From a virus, in the IMG/VR virus record IMGVR_UViG_3300045988_169015, positions 1-64,000 of that record: a stretch of 64,000 nucleotides of DNA. One strand, written 5' to 3'. Within the stretch, counting starts at the first letter, position 1. Every line of letters starts with the position of its first letter. The notes beneath the pieces are model-generated. The model searched no databases. It was not told where the DNA came from and saw only the letters and a list, made by a program, of their open reading frames with translations. Positions 26,444 to 35,561 of the stretch are shown piece by piece. A program made the translations under genes and the position numbers.

Positions 26444-27007
26444 ATGATAATCTACAAAAATAAATGGTTCTGCACCAATTCAGATCATCCAAACGACGAC
26501 TGGGTTGGAGACGCAGACTATGTTGTCGATGATAACTCTGAGATAGCGTCTAAGATAATGGCTTATGCTCCTAACTATGATTTTGTTATAAAAAATGGAG
26601 TGTTGGTCGATATAGTTCAGACGGCGATATCAGAGGAAGATCTGAACGTTTATAAAGAAAACAAGGTCGCTCAGTCTAAGATATTGTTGTCAAACTGGCT
26701 GGCAAGTCATCCGTATTTGCACAGCGACGGCAAGTATTACAGCTGCACCGAGGAAAAGCAGTCACTCCTGAATGGAAATTTAGCATCTTACGAAAGAGCC
26801 AAAGCAATAGGTGTTGAGTATCCTCTGAAGTGGAACGCAACTACAGCAGAATGTACGGAGTTCAGTTATAACGACTTACTTGCTTTGAGTCTGAGCATTG
26901 CCGCTTATGTTGCGCCCAAAGTAAGCAAACAGCAGTCAATAGAAGTTCAGATAAGGAATTGTGAAACTGTTGAAGCTGTAGATGCGATAGAGATAAATTA
27001 TGATTAA
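26444..27007 (+). CDS. possible tail fibre assembly/chaperone-like protein
   Basis: 187 aa with AAGGAGGG RBS. It follows the fibre genes. Family assignment is tentative. Confidence 0.45.
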   Translation: MIIYKNKWFCTNSDHPNDDWVGDADYVVDDNSEIASKIMAYAPNYDFVIKNGVLVDIVQTAISEEDLNVYKENKVAQSKILLSNWLASHPYLHSDGKYYSCTEEKQSLLNGNLASYERAKAIGVEYPLKWNATTAECTEFSYNDLLALSLSIAAYVAPKVSKQQSIEVQIRNCETVEAVDAIEINYD

Positions 27008-27419
27008 ACTTTTCACAAAATATCTGGCGCTGTTTTTTATCGGCGGAACAATATATGTTTCGATTGAACACATATGGCGAGGATGGTCGCATTGGACAAT
27101 GTTTATACTCGGAGGTATATGTTTCATAGCTCTCGGACTAATAAACGAAGTCTTGGACTGGAACACACCGATGGTGTTGCAAATGGCTATTGGCTGCGCT
27201 ATAATCACAACGCTGGAATTTATCACAGGCTGCGTTGTCAACATTGGACTTGGCTGGGACGTTTGGGATTATTCCCAATATCCACTGAATTTTCTGGGAC
27301 AGATATCGGTCGGCAGTTCGGTGTTGTGGTACTTTTTGAGTGCTGTCGGCATCGTACTCGATGACACGATCCGTTGGAAGGCGTTTGGAGAGGACAAGCC
27401 TAAGTATAAATGGATCTGA
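27000..27419 (+). CDS. four-helix membrane protein
   Basis: 139 aa with four hydrophobic helices. It overlaps the upstream stop. Last gene before the terminator. Confidence 0.5.
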   Translation: MIKLFTKYLALFFIGGTIYVSIEHIWRGWSHWTMFILGGICFIALGLINEVLDWNTPMVLQMAIGCAIITTLEFITGCVVNIGLGWDVWDYSQYPLNFLGQISVGSSVLWYFLSAVGIVLDDTIRWKAFGEDKPKYKWI

Positions 27420-27501
27420 CGATATTTAAGGTCGGAAAGGCTCCCGACACTCCTGAATAGGAACCTGAGATGATGGATACGCCGCCCATCTAAATATTAT
27501 A

Positions 27502-27535
27502 AGGGTAGTAGATAAAATCTACTACCCTATTTTTT
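27502..27535 (+). terminator. rho-independent terminator
   Basis: Perfect 12-bp stem AGGGTAGTAGAT/ATCTACTACCCT with a 3-nt loop, then ATTTTTT. Confidence 0.8.
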
Positions 27536-27570
27536 CGCCCATAGATATTGAAATAAATTTCAGTATCATT

Positions 27571-28692
27571 TTACAAGTCATCTATTAAATTTACTGCATC
27601 GCTTTTTTGGTCTTCGATTAAATGAATGTACGTGTTTAAAGTAAAAGCTACGTTTGAATGACCAAGTAGTTCGCTTACAGTTTTTGCATCTACCTTTTTA
27701 CGGAAAAGCATTGATGCAAATGTATGGCGAAGTGTGTGTAAGCCTTGTGGATTTTCAATCCCAGCTCTTGCACAAATATGAAGATAATTATTAAAAAGAT
27801 TATGCACAGCTAAAGGTTTGTTTTCGGGCGAAATAACAAAGCTATCCTCGCCATTGTAATATTGGGCTTTGAGTTCGGTAAGAATAGAAATCGCTGTCTT
27901 ACTAAGATCAACGTATCTATCTCGGGATTTAGCAGAATCTTGTTCTAATATAGTATATTTACCAGGCTGCTCTTCATCATCAGCATCTTCGTTATATTTA
28001 TATATCGTTACAACATTAGATGCTACAAATATCCTTTTTTTATACCAGTCAACGTTCTTCCATTTTAATCCGATCAATTCGCCTGCACGAAGTCCTGTGT
28101 ACATGGCAAATATGAGCGCTTTCCCGTATTTGTATTTTGGGGCAGCTTCTTTAAACAGAGCAATTTCATTGTCATTGAAAAATCTAATTGTTTTTCGTTT
28201 AAATTTATCTTTTGATGGAAGAGAAACATCATCACAAGGATTGGGCATTCCTTTAGGAAGATAATATTTGAGACCAGCCTTTAAATAAATATATACTTTT
28301 TTTATAGTGGATAACGATTTTCCCTCTTCGAATAATCTGTTTATAAGTTCCGTTTGAATGAGGCTTGGAGTTAGAGCTTCAATGGTGTAATGACCAATGG
28401 CGGGGTTGATATTTTTTTTAATAATATATATAATGCTATTATATGATGTAGGCTTGACTTCTATTTTTTTTACGTTTTTTGCCCACTGAAGCAAACATTG
28501 GTCTAAATAATTTCCAACAACTTCTGGACTTTTCTGCTGTAATATAATTTGAAACTCTTCCATTCTTTTTACGACATCAGCCTTCTTTTTGCCTTTGAAA
28601 CGTTTATACTTAATACGTCCACTTTCATATTTTCCAATGGCTATTTGTCCGATAAAAATATTGCCCTCTTTTCGAATTGTTCCGTTAATCAT
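27571..28692 (-). CDS. int: tyrosine recombinase / phage integrase
   Basis: YTGLRAGELIGLKW, LHTLRHTFASMLF and LGHSNVAFTLNTYIH give the R..HxxR..Y signature. ATG 28692 lies 8 nt after GAGG; the GTG 28701 and ATG 28698 alternatives sit too close to the RBS. Confidence 0.85.
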   Translation of the reverse strand: MINGTIRKEGNIFIGQIAIGKYESGRIKYKRFKGKKKADVVKRMEEFQIILQQKSPEVVGNYLDQCLLQWAKNVKKIEVKPTSYNSIIYIIKKNINPAIGHYTIEALTPSLIQTELINRLFEEGKSLSTIKKVYIYLKAGLKYYLPKGMPNPCDDVSLPSKDKFKRKTIRFFNDNEIALFKEAAPKYKYGKALIFAMYTGLRAGELIGLKWKNVDWYKKRIFVASNVVTIYKYNEDADDEEQPGKYTILEQDSAKSRDRYVDLSKTAISILTELKAQYYNGEDSFVISPENKPLAVHNLFNNYLHICARAGIENPQGLHTLRHTFASMLFRKKVDAKTVSELLGHSNVAFTLNTYIHLIEDQKSDAVNLIDDL

Positions 28693-28729
28693 ATTCATCA
28701 CCTCGATAAGTATATTGTATCATTAAAGT

Positions 28730-29190
28730 AGAGGTGTGTCAATAGGCATACGAAAAAAAGTGTGTTTAAAAGTGTGTCAAGACGGTGTGAAATGGCGTTA
28801 AAAGGTGGTGAAACAATACATTATATGTTAATATTAGTATATTTGTTTCTGCGTGAAGAACACACGTTAAGTCTGTAAATCACGCATTATAGCCATTTTA
28901 AAGGTATCTGGAAAGCATCGCAATTAATAATATCTATATATATTGAAATATACGTATTTGATTTCAACTCATTTGGTATCAGCGCATTTTATTGCGTATT
29001 ATAGCCACTTTCAAGCATATAAAGTGTTACTTGGTGTGTCGAAAGTGTGTCTGTGGGAAAATATGCTTTTTGAAAAACACACCACTTTGAAACAGTTGCT
29101 GAAAAACACACCATCACACAAAAAACACACCATCAGAGGTGTGTCGAAGTTTCACGAACAATAATAATTGGGATAAGACACACCTGCCAA
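28730..29190. other. attP-like region with clustered arm-type repeat motifs
   Basis: At least 12 copies of (A/G)GTGTGT(C/T) or its complement AAACACACC, in both orientations, flank an AT-rich centre. There is also a direct repeat ATTATAGCCAnTTTnAAG near 28886 and 28998. The region lies between int and xis. Confidence 0.55.
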
Positions 29191-29261
29191 ATCACCTTAC
29201 CAAATCTTGAGACTGATTCATCCACTGGTTCTGGTATATCTGCATATCTATATTTTTAAGC

Positions 29262-29294
29262 AAAAAAAATAAGAGACCACCGAAGTGATCCCTT
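29262..29294 (-). terminator. rho-independent terminator ending the leftward early operon
   Basis: Minus strand AAGGGATCAC-ttcg-GTGGTCTCTT (10-bp stem with two G-U pairs) followed by ATTTTTTTTG. It begins 7 nt after the stop at 29301. Confidence 0.65.
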
Positions 29295-29300
29295 ATCTTA

Positions 29301-29477
29301 TTATTTTGTTGTTTGTTTAAGCATCCATGAATGGAGCTCATCTTCAATTATAAGTATTTTTCTTCCGACCTTAAATGATGGGAAATCCCGTCTGTGACAC
29401 AGATCATATGCTATATTTATTGAACAATTCAGATATTCTGATAATTGTTTTGGTGTAATTACTTTTGGCTTATACAT
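29301..29477 (-). CDS. xis: excisionase-family HTH protein
   Basis: ATG 29477 with AAGGCGGCG RBS. PKQLSEYLNCSINIAYDLCHRRDFPSFKVGRKILI fits the excisionase/MerR-like HTH pattern. The longer ORF-track form overlaps the SPFH gene. Confidence 0.6.
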   Translation of the reverse strand: MYKPKVITPKQLSEYLNCSINIAYDLCHRRDFPSFKVGRKILIIEDELHSWMLKQTTK

Positions 29478-29508
29478 ATTCGCCGCCTTGTTGGACTGTA
29501 GCAATCTA

Positions 29509-30564
29509 TTATTCCCCGTCCAGTCCGTCAAGAACTTCCTTAATGCCAACGAGACCGGCATAACCGCTGCCGCTGCCATCGGTAATAATTGTCTTGACAT
29601 TGGGGTTGATTTTTTCAACAGCCTTCATCTGAACATCGAGCTTCTTATCCTCGAAATATTCGGCAGTATAAGACTTCTGCTTTTCAAGTTCTGCTTCCTT
29701 CTGAAGTCTTGCAACCTCGACGTCTGCCTCTGCCACCTTGATCTTGTTCTCAGCAACGATAAGTTCAGCCTCGGCCGCCTTCTGCTTCTCATATGCGGCT
29801 GCATCAGCTTCATTCTGGCGACGGACAAGTTCTTTTTCAGATTCTGCCTTCTGCTGATCCACGATCATCTGATTGGTCTCATCCTGCTTCTCTCTTGCAA
29901 GCTTAGCAAGTTCAACCTCGTTCATTGCATTTGTCTTCTCGTCAATTTTAGTCTGAATGTCCGCAGGAAGTGAAAGTGTGCCGATCTCAAAGCGCACAAG
30001 CTCAACGCCGTATGTATTAAGAAGTGTATCGGCGAGTATTTCAGCTGTTTCGGTCTGTATCTGAGAGCGAGAAGACTGGATATCATATACGGAATAATTC
30101 TGAGTGATAACCGAAAGCTTACCCTTGGCGAGACCGTAGATGTCATCATCGACAATGCTGTCGAACTTCTTGGTACCGAAGTTCTTAATAATTGAACCGA
30201 TATCTCTGGGCTTCACTGAAATATAGATGTCGGCCTCAATGTTCTTACCTTCCTTGGTACCAACAGTCATAGACCAGTCTTCCTTACTGTCGTTTTCGGC
30301 AATGCCTGTCCAGTTACGGGTAACGATAGTGGTGGGATACTTAAGAACTTCCTGAGTTACAGGATTGATCCAGACGAGACCAGTAAGCTGAGCGTCTATT
30401 ACCGATGTGCCTTCGATGGTATTTGGTGCCCCATTTTTAATTGTGCGGTCATACTTGTAGCCGACATAGCCTGCACCAATATTAGTGGTGCATACTGCGA
30501 AGCCGATGATACCTACGACCAGAACAATGGCGAGGACAACTGTTGTGATTATTCCCTTATTCAT
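29509..30564 (-). CDS. SPFH/band-7 (flotillin/prohibitin-like) membrane protein
   Basis: ATG 30564 with AAGGAG RBS. N-terminal TM (IITTVVLAIVLVVGIIGFAV), an SPFH-like core and a C-terminal Ala/Glu/Lys coiled coil. Confidence 0.65.
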   Translation of the reverse strand: MNKGIITTVVLAIVLVVGIIGFAVCTTNIGAGYVGYKYDRTIKNGAPNTIEGTSVIDAQLTGLVWINPVTQEVLKYPTTIVTRNWTGIAENDSKEDWSMTVGTKEGKNIEADIYISVKPRDIGSIIKNFGTKKFDSIVDDDIYGLAKGKLSVITQNYSVYDIQSSRSQIQTETAEILADTLLNTYGVELVRFEIGTLSLPADIQTKIDEKTNAMNEVELAKLAREKQDETNQMIVDQQKAESEKELVRRQNEADAAAYEKQKAAEAELIVAENKIKVAEADVEVARLQKEAELEKQKSYTAEYFEDKKLDVQMKAVEKINPNVKTIITDGSGSGYAGLVGIKEVLDGLDGE

Positions 30565-30586
30565 TTTTACATTACTCCTTTTGATT

Positions 30587-30718
30587 TTAATTAAAGAACC
30601 CTTTATCGGGTTTATTGTTTCTATTTTCTTGCTTTTTTCTCCTGTAGTAATCAATAATCAGAATGATTATATTAGCTACAATGAATATAAGCAGAACGAA
30701 GATGAGAAGTCTCATCAT
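30587..30718 (-). CDS. 43-aa single-TM peptide
   Basis: Not in the ORF track. The ATG overlaps the dut stop (ATGA). Translates to MMRLLIFVLLIFIVANIIILIIDYYRRKKQENRNNKPDKGFFN. Confidence 0.35.
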   Translation of the reverse strand: MMRLLIFVLLIFIVANIIILIIDYYRRKKQENRNNKPDKGFFN

Positions 30719-31215
30719 TTTGTAGTGCTACCGAAGCCGCCATTTCTGATACCGTCGGCGTCATCGTCTTCGATCATAAAATACTGCTGGATTATACCCT
30801 GTGCAAAAGCTTCGCCGGCTTTGACGAGTACGGTTTTACCTTCGTGGGTATCGTTGGTGATCTTGGCAAATATATGTCCCTCATTATCCGAACCGCTGTA
30901 ATCACTGTCGATGATGCCTAAAGTGTTGTCAAGCTGCAGACGGTACTTGAATCCAAGTCCGCTTCTGGGATAAATGGCAAGGAACTTGTCGTTATCGAGT
31001 AGCACTCTTATGCCGGTGGGAATCTTTATTGATTCACCGGCCTCAAGCTTAAACGCATATGGAGCATAGAAATCATAGCCTGCGGAGCCTGATGTGGCAC
31101 GCTTTGGCAGCTTCAACTGATCGTACAGCGCTATGTATGCTTCCTCGGTAAGACCGGGAGCACAATTCTTAACATCCTTTAAAAACTGACTTGCTGATAT
31201 TTTTTCAAATTTCAT
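30715..31215 (-). CDS. dut: dUTP diphosphatase (trimeric dUTPase)
   Basis: SAGYDFYAP, YPRSGLG and GIIDSDY motifs. AAGGAGAG RBS. Confidence 0.85.
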   Translation of the reverse strand: MKFEKISASQFLKDVKNCAPGLTEEAYIALYDQLKLPKRATSGSAGYDFYAPYAFKLEAGESIKIPTGIRVLLDNDKFLAIYPRSGLGFKYRLQLDNTLGIIDSDYSGSDNEGHIFAKITNDTHEGKTVLVKAGEAFAQGIIQQYFMIEDDDADGIRNGGFGSTTK

Positions 31216-31265
31216 GATTTCTCTCCTTTTTTATTGCCACAGACTTGGAAGTAAGTCCATAAATA

Positions 31266-31691
31266 TTATCTTGTTATTGGACACACATTCAATCCGTTAT
31301 CCTTGAGATATTCAATCATCTCATTTGCCGGAAGGCGCTTTATTAAATCCTGCAAAGTATAAATTTCATGTTTTAGATATTCGGTAGTTATTTCGCACGA
31401 AACAAAGTTCTTATTGGAAAACTTCGCCCAACCCCATTTTAAAGGTAACTCCGAATATTTATCGCCAAATTTTGATTTTTCCCACGGGAACATGCAGTCG
31501 AAACAAGGATATGAACATCTTTGAATAAATTCGTCATATGATGTAATACGCTCTGTTTTGGCAGGCTGCATTTCTGTGTAGTACCATCTGCCCCCATAAC
31601 CACAATACTGGTCAAGCTTTTGTCGAATCTCATGTTCTTCTTTTCTTATCGTTAAAATAAGGGTATAGTATGTTTGTACTATCTGTTTCAT
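31266..31691 (-). CDS. hypothetical protein
   Basis: 141-aa ORF with GAAGGT upstream. It overlaps the next ORF by 62 nt, so the start is uncertain. Confidence 0.45.
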   Translation of the reverse strand: MKQIVQTYYTLILTIRKEEHEIRQKLDQYCGYGGRWYYTEMQPAKTERITSYDEFIQRCSYPCFDCMFPWEKSKFGDKYSELPLKWGWAKFSNKNFVSCEITTEYLKHEIYTLQDLIKRLPANEMIEYLKDNGLNVCPITR

Positions 31692-31824
31692 TATTTTTTA
31701 CCTTCTTTATATCTGGCCAATCGACGAATTGGTTAAACCAAGGAGGTGGATTATTCAGTGAATTCCTAAAGGTTTCCACGAAGACTTTATCAAGAATATC
31801 ATCAATGATTTCACTGTAATCCAC
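31630..31824 (-). CDS. hypothetical protein
   Basis: 64-aa ORF in the operon orientation. Confidence 0.35.
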   Translation of the reverse strand: MDYSEIIDDILDKVFVETFRNSLNNPPPWFNQFVDWPDIKKVKNNETDSTNILYPYFNDKKRRT

Positions 31825-31848
31825 TATATCACCTCTTTGTTAAGCGCC

Positions 31849-32073
31849 TCATAATTTTTCAATAGTTACAATGCAGCTCTTTTTAAGTAAGCCTTTCTTT
31901 CTAATATGTTTTAGAGCATATTGAGGACGATCATTAATTGAAACAACCACTACCTTATCCATTGCAGGATTATAAAGTAAATAGTCCCCTATTTTGATTT
32001 TAGCATACGGTCTGAAATATTCGTCAAAGCTGCCAATCACTACTTCGCCTGATTTCTGTGGTAGTTTAATCAT
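31849..32073 (-). CDS. hypothetical protein
   Basis: 74-aa ORF. Its start overlaps the upstream stop. Confidence 0.45.
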   Translation of the reverse strand: MIKLPQKSGEVVIGSFDEYFRPYAKIKIGDYLLYNPAMDKVVVVSINDRPQYALKHIRKKGLLKKSCIVTIEKL

Positions 32074-32314
32074 CGATATCCACCGTTACCTGTATATCAT
32101 CGTAAAAATCCTTAATGATAGTTGACAGTTCCTCATGTTTTTCTGCAGGAACAAGCATCAGCACACGATTAAAAACATCTTTGAGTTTAAAAATTATAAC
32201 AATCGTTGCGCAGCCTTCCCCTTGAATTCTGCCTTCTCTTAATCCGATAACGAAAGCGCCGATACATATTGCAACGGTTACTATACCAACAATAACATAA
32301 GTCATTTCATTCAT
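32066..32314 (-). CDS. hypothetical single-TM protein
   Basis: 82 aa with N-terminal helix VIVGIVTVAICIGAFVIGL. Confidence 0.45.
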   Translation of the reverse strand: MNEMTYVIVGIVTVAICIGAFVIGLREGRIQGEGCATIVIIFKLKDVFNRVLMLVPAEKHEELSTIIKDFYDDIQVTVDIDD

Positions 32315-32508
32315 CCTTTCAGATAATCAATATAGTGTTCAAGCTCCATTGGTTTTGGCGATTTCTTTTTTGTTTTCACCAATTTATTACCTTGAACTTC
32401 ACATAAAAAATAAACATCTCTAAGGGCAGAAGATGTAATGGCATGAGTTTGCATGCCATTACATATATATACCGCCCAGATAATTTCTCCTTTGGGAGCT
32501 ACGAGCAT
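32311..32508 (-). CDS. hypothetical protein
   Basis: 65 aa with AAAGGA RBS. First gene after the 32548-32576 promoter. Confidence 0.45.
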   Translation of the reverse strand: MLVAPKGEIIWAVYICNGMQTHAITSSALRDVYFLCEVQGNKLVKTKKKSPKPMELEHYIDYLKG

Positions 32509-32547
32509 ATGACATCAATCCTTTCCAATATTGCTTAACTTATTTAT

Positions 32548-32576
32548 ATAATAGCATATTATATCCAATATGTCAA
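32548..32576 (-). promoter_or_regulatory. sigma-A-type promoter (twin of 43772-43800)
   Basis: Minus strand TTGACA, 17 nt, TATTAT. It shares an identical 23-nt block (CCCTTGACATATTGGATATAATA) with the second copy. Confidence 0.6.
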
Positions 32577-32594
32577 GGGGATTTGGAAATTATT

Positions 32595-33131
32595 TTAGTC
32601 ACAGAAAAGGACTACCTTGTTTTGCTTGAAGCTTTTTTGAATATCAATAACACGTTGATTGCTTGAACCGGCAAATGCTAACGATATATCTCTTTTATCT
32701 TTTTCATATTTGCCGTCAACAAGAATATCACAACATCTAACAATATCAAAGGGAGATATGCTGTTCGTATTGGCTCTTTTGTTTTCTCTGTCATTATTTA
32801 AAATCTCTTCCCAAGTATAACCTGTATAGAGCCAGATTTTTTTGTTTGGAAATTTTTCTTTAACCGTTTTAACAATTTGATAAACAGTTTCAAGATTTTG
32901 TGATTCAAGAGGATGTCCCCCGGAAAGAGTTAATCGAGAGATGTATGGTTTATTGAGAGCGTCGAGGAGTTCCTGCATCGTATCTTCTGTAAATAATTGT
33001 CCTACATTGAAATCCCAAGTTTGAGGATTATGACAGCCGTGGCAGTGACAGTTGCACCCCGATACCCAGAGTACAACTCCTATGCCTGTGCCGTTAGCAG
33101 TATCACACTTACTGATTTTTATGTAATTCAT
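32595..33131 (-). CDS. nrdG: anaerobic ribonucleotide reductase activating protein (radical SAM)
   Basis: Cys cluster GCNCHCHGCHNP. It overlaps the nrdD stop. Confidence 0.85.
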   Translation of the reverse strand: MNYIKISKCDTANGTGIGVVLWVSGCNCHCHGCHNPQTWDFNVGQLFTEDTMQELLDALNKPYISRLTLSGGHPLESQNLETVYQIVKTVKEKFPNKKIWLYTGYTWEEILNNDRENKRANTNSISPFDIVRCCDILVDGKYEKDKRDISLAFAGSSNQRVIDIQKSFKQNKVVLFCD

Positions 33132-35284
33132 TCGTCATCACCAAGATGTATAACTCTTTCCTTTATTTCTTGAGTTCTGCCTTGATTCCAAAAATTACTT
33201 CCTATATAACCGCAAGTACGACGTGCTACATTAAGTTTCTTTTCGTCTCTATTACCACAATTAGGGCATTCCCATACAAGTTTGCCTGTTTTCTTATCTT
33301 CAATAATCTGTATCTCGCCATCAAATCCGCACACCTGACAATAATCAGATTTTGTGTTAAGTTCAGCATACATTATATGGTCATAGATAAACTTGATCAC
33401 TTCGAGCACGGCTTCAATATTATTGCCCAAATTAGATGTCTCCACATAAGATATTGCCCCTCCTGTTGAAAGAGACTGAAATTCAGATTCTATAGAAAGC
33501 TTTGTGAAAGCATCAATAGGTTCTGTGACGTGTATATGATAACTATTGGTTATGTAATTCTTATCGGTAACACCATTTATAACACCAAAGCGCTTCTGGA
33601 GGCACTTTGCAAACTTATACGTAGTTGATTCTAAGGGCGTGCCATAAATTGAAAAGCCAAGATTAAGTTCTCTGTCCCATTCCTTGCACTTATCATTCAT
33701 ATGCTTCATTATGTTCTTACCAATATCCTGACCTATTTTTTCGGTAAGTTTATGACCAGTTAAAGCATAAACACATTCCCAAAGACCTGCATAACCAAGA
33801 GAAATGCTTGAATAACCACCTGTAAGGCATTTATCAATTACTTCTCCTTTTTTAAGTCTTGTTAATGCTCCATACTGCCAAAGAATAGGCGCAACATCTG
33901 ATGATGTACCTTTAAGCCTTTCATATCTACAAATTAAAGCTCTATGGCAAAGCTCCAGACGTTCATCAAATATCTTCCAAAATTCTGTCATTATATCATT
34001 TGGGCTATTCTTTTTTGCTGTAAGTGCAACATCAACAAGATTAATTGTTACGACACCTTTATTAAATCTGCCATAGAATTTATAGTTTCCGTTTTCATCT
34101 TTCCACGGTGAAAGGAAGCTTCTGCACCCCATACTTGTAAAGCAATGACCATCTTTAAGCTGCTTCATTACTTTTTCGCTAATGTAATCTGGAACAAGTC
34201 TTTTGGCGGTACACTTTGCAGCAAGTTTAGTAAGATACCAATATGGTGAATTCTCGTGGATATTGTCTTCTTCAAGAACATAAATAAGTTTTGGGAAAGC
34301 AGGTGTTATCCAAACACCAACTTCATTCTTAACTCCCTGATAACGCTGTTTAAGTACCTCTTCAATAATAAGTGCAAGATCGTGTTTTGTTTGCTTATCC
34401 TGTACTTCGTTAAGATACATAAATACGGTTACAAACGGCGACTGACCATTTGTTGTCATAAGTGTGACTATCTGATACTGAATTGTCTGAACACCACGTT
34501 TAATCTCGTCAAGGACACGGTTTTCAATAATTTCATCCGATACTGTTAATCCGTCATTTATGAACTGCTGTCGTATTTTCTTTCTTGAAATATCAACAAA
34601 AGGCGCAAGAGCCGATAAGGAAACGCTCTGTCCACCATACTGATTGCTTGCTACCTGAGCAATAATTTGTGTTGTAATGGTGCAAGCGGTTGCGAAACTG
34701 TGAGGTTTTTCAATCATTGTTTCACTTATAACAGTGCCGTTCTGGAGCATATCCTCCAGATTTACAAGGTCACAGTTGTGCATATGCTGAGCAAAATAAT
34801 CCGCATCATGGAAGTGGATTATGCCCTGCTCGTGAGCTTCGACGATATCGTTGGGAAGAAGCAATCTATCAGTCAGATCCTTGGATACCGTGCCTGCCAT
34901 ATAGTCTCTTTGTGTAGGCAAAAGTGTAGAATTTTTATTTGAATTCTCTTCTTTAATCTCTTCGTTTGTACAATCAATCAATGAGAGTATGGTGTTATCG
35001 GTATTATTCATTTTTCTTGCCAGCATTCTTTTATATCTGTATGTGATATATGCCTTGGCTACATCTTTACAACTATCCATGAGAATATTTTCAACGATAT
35101 CCTGTATCTGTTCGACAGATATTTTTTCGGTGGTAATATTACTGCATACTTTAGAACAATCACTTAAAGCATTATCAACATTGTCATTCGTTGGATTTAC
35201 TTCATTATAAGCTTTAAGGATTGCATTACAAATTTTGTCTTTATTAAATGGGACTTTATCCCCGTTTCTTTTTACAACTATCAT
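33128..35284 (-). CDS. nrdD: class III (anaerobic) ribonucleoside-triphosphate reductase
   Basis: 718 aa. C-terminal zinc ribbon CQVCG..CPNCG and glycyl-radical motif RTCGYIG. Confidence 0.9.
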   Translation of the reverse strand: MIVVKRNGDKVPFNKDKICNAILKAYNEVNPTNDNVDNALSDCSKVCSNITTEKISVEQIQDIVENILMDSCKDVAKAYITYRYKRMLARKMNNTDNTILSLIDCTNEEIKEENSNKNSTLLPTQRDYMAGTVSKDLTDRLLLPNDIVEAHEQGIIHFHDADYFAQHMHNCDLVNLEDMLQNGTVISETMIEKPHSFATACTITTQIIAQVASNQYGGQSVSLSALAPFVDISRKKIRQQFINDGLTVSDEIIENRVLDEIKRGVQTIQYQIVTLMTTNGQSPFVTVFMYLNEVQDKQTKHDLALIIEEVLKQRYQGVKNEVGVWITPAFPKLIYVLEEDNIHENSPYWYLTKLAAKCTAKRLVPDYISEKVMKQLKDGHCFTSMGCRSFLSPWKDENGNYKFYGRFNKGVVTINLVDVALTAKKNSPNDIMTEFWKIFDERLELCHRALICRYERLKGTSSDVAPILWQYGALTRLKKGEVIDKCLTGGYSSISLGYAGLWECVYALTGHKLTEKIGQDIGKNIMKHMNDKCKEWDRELNLGFSIYGTPLESTTYKFAKCLQKRFGVINGVTDKNYITNSYHIHVTEPIDAFTKLSIESEFQSLSTGGAISYVETSNLGNNIEAVLEVIKFIYDHIMYAELNTKSDYCQVCGFDGEIQIIEDKKTGKLVWECPNCGNRDEKKLNVARRTCGYIGSNFWNQGRTQEIKERVIHLGDDE

Positions 35285-35357
35285 TTAATCACCCTTTCTA
35301 ATACGTTTATAGTCCGAAGTAACAACAACATCTAAGGGGCTCGAATATGTACTCTCA

Positions 35358-35555
35358 TCAATCTCTCCCTACTTTAGGCAATACTTTCATTATACAATCT
35401 TGGCACAACTGTTCTCCATCTAATTCTCTGAGATCTTCTGGAAGCATTTCTTCTTCGCAGCGATCACAATACCAATGAGGAGAGCTATAATAAGGACAGC
35501 CAGAATATAAACATGGCAGTCCGCAGTCCACGCAATCATTTTCATATACTTTCAT
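35358..35555 (-). CDS. small Cys-rich (zinc-binding) protein
   Basis: 65 aa with CVDCG..C..C..CDRC..CQDC. Confidence 0.45.
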   Translation of the reverse strand: MKVYENDCVDCGLPCLYSGCPYYSSPHWYCDRCEEEMLPEDLRELDGEQLCQDCIMKVLPKVGRD

Positions 35556-35561
35556 TAGCTA

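Noticed and set aside
28943-29164. 73-aa plus-strand ORF inside the int-xis intergenic region
   Set aside because: It has no RBS. Its sequence is built from the repeated CACACC/GTGTGTC motifs and AT-rich filler. The region is better explained as attP arm sites.
29200-29300. Possibility that attP marks a prophage-host junction and that DNA to its right is bacterial
   Set aside because: The right side continues with an unbroken phage early/replication operon that terminates at 29262-29294. There are no host housekeeping genes on either side.
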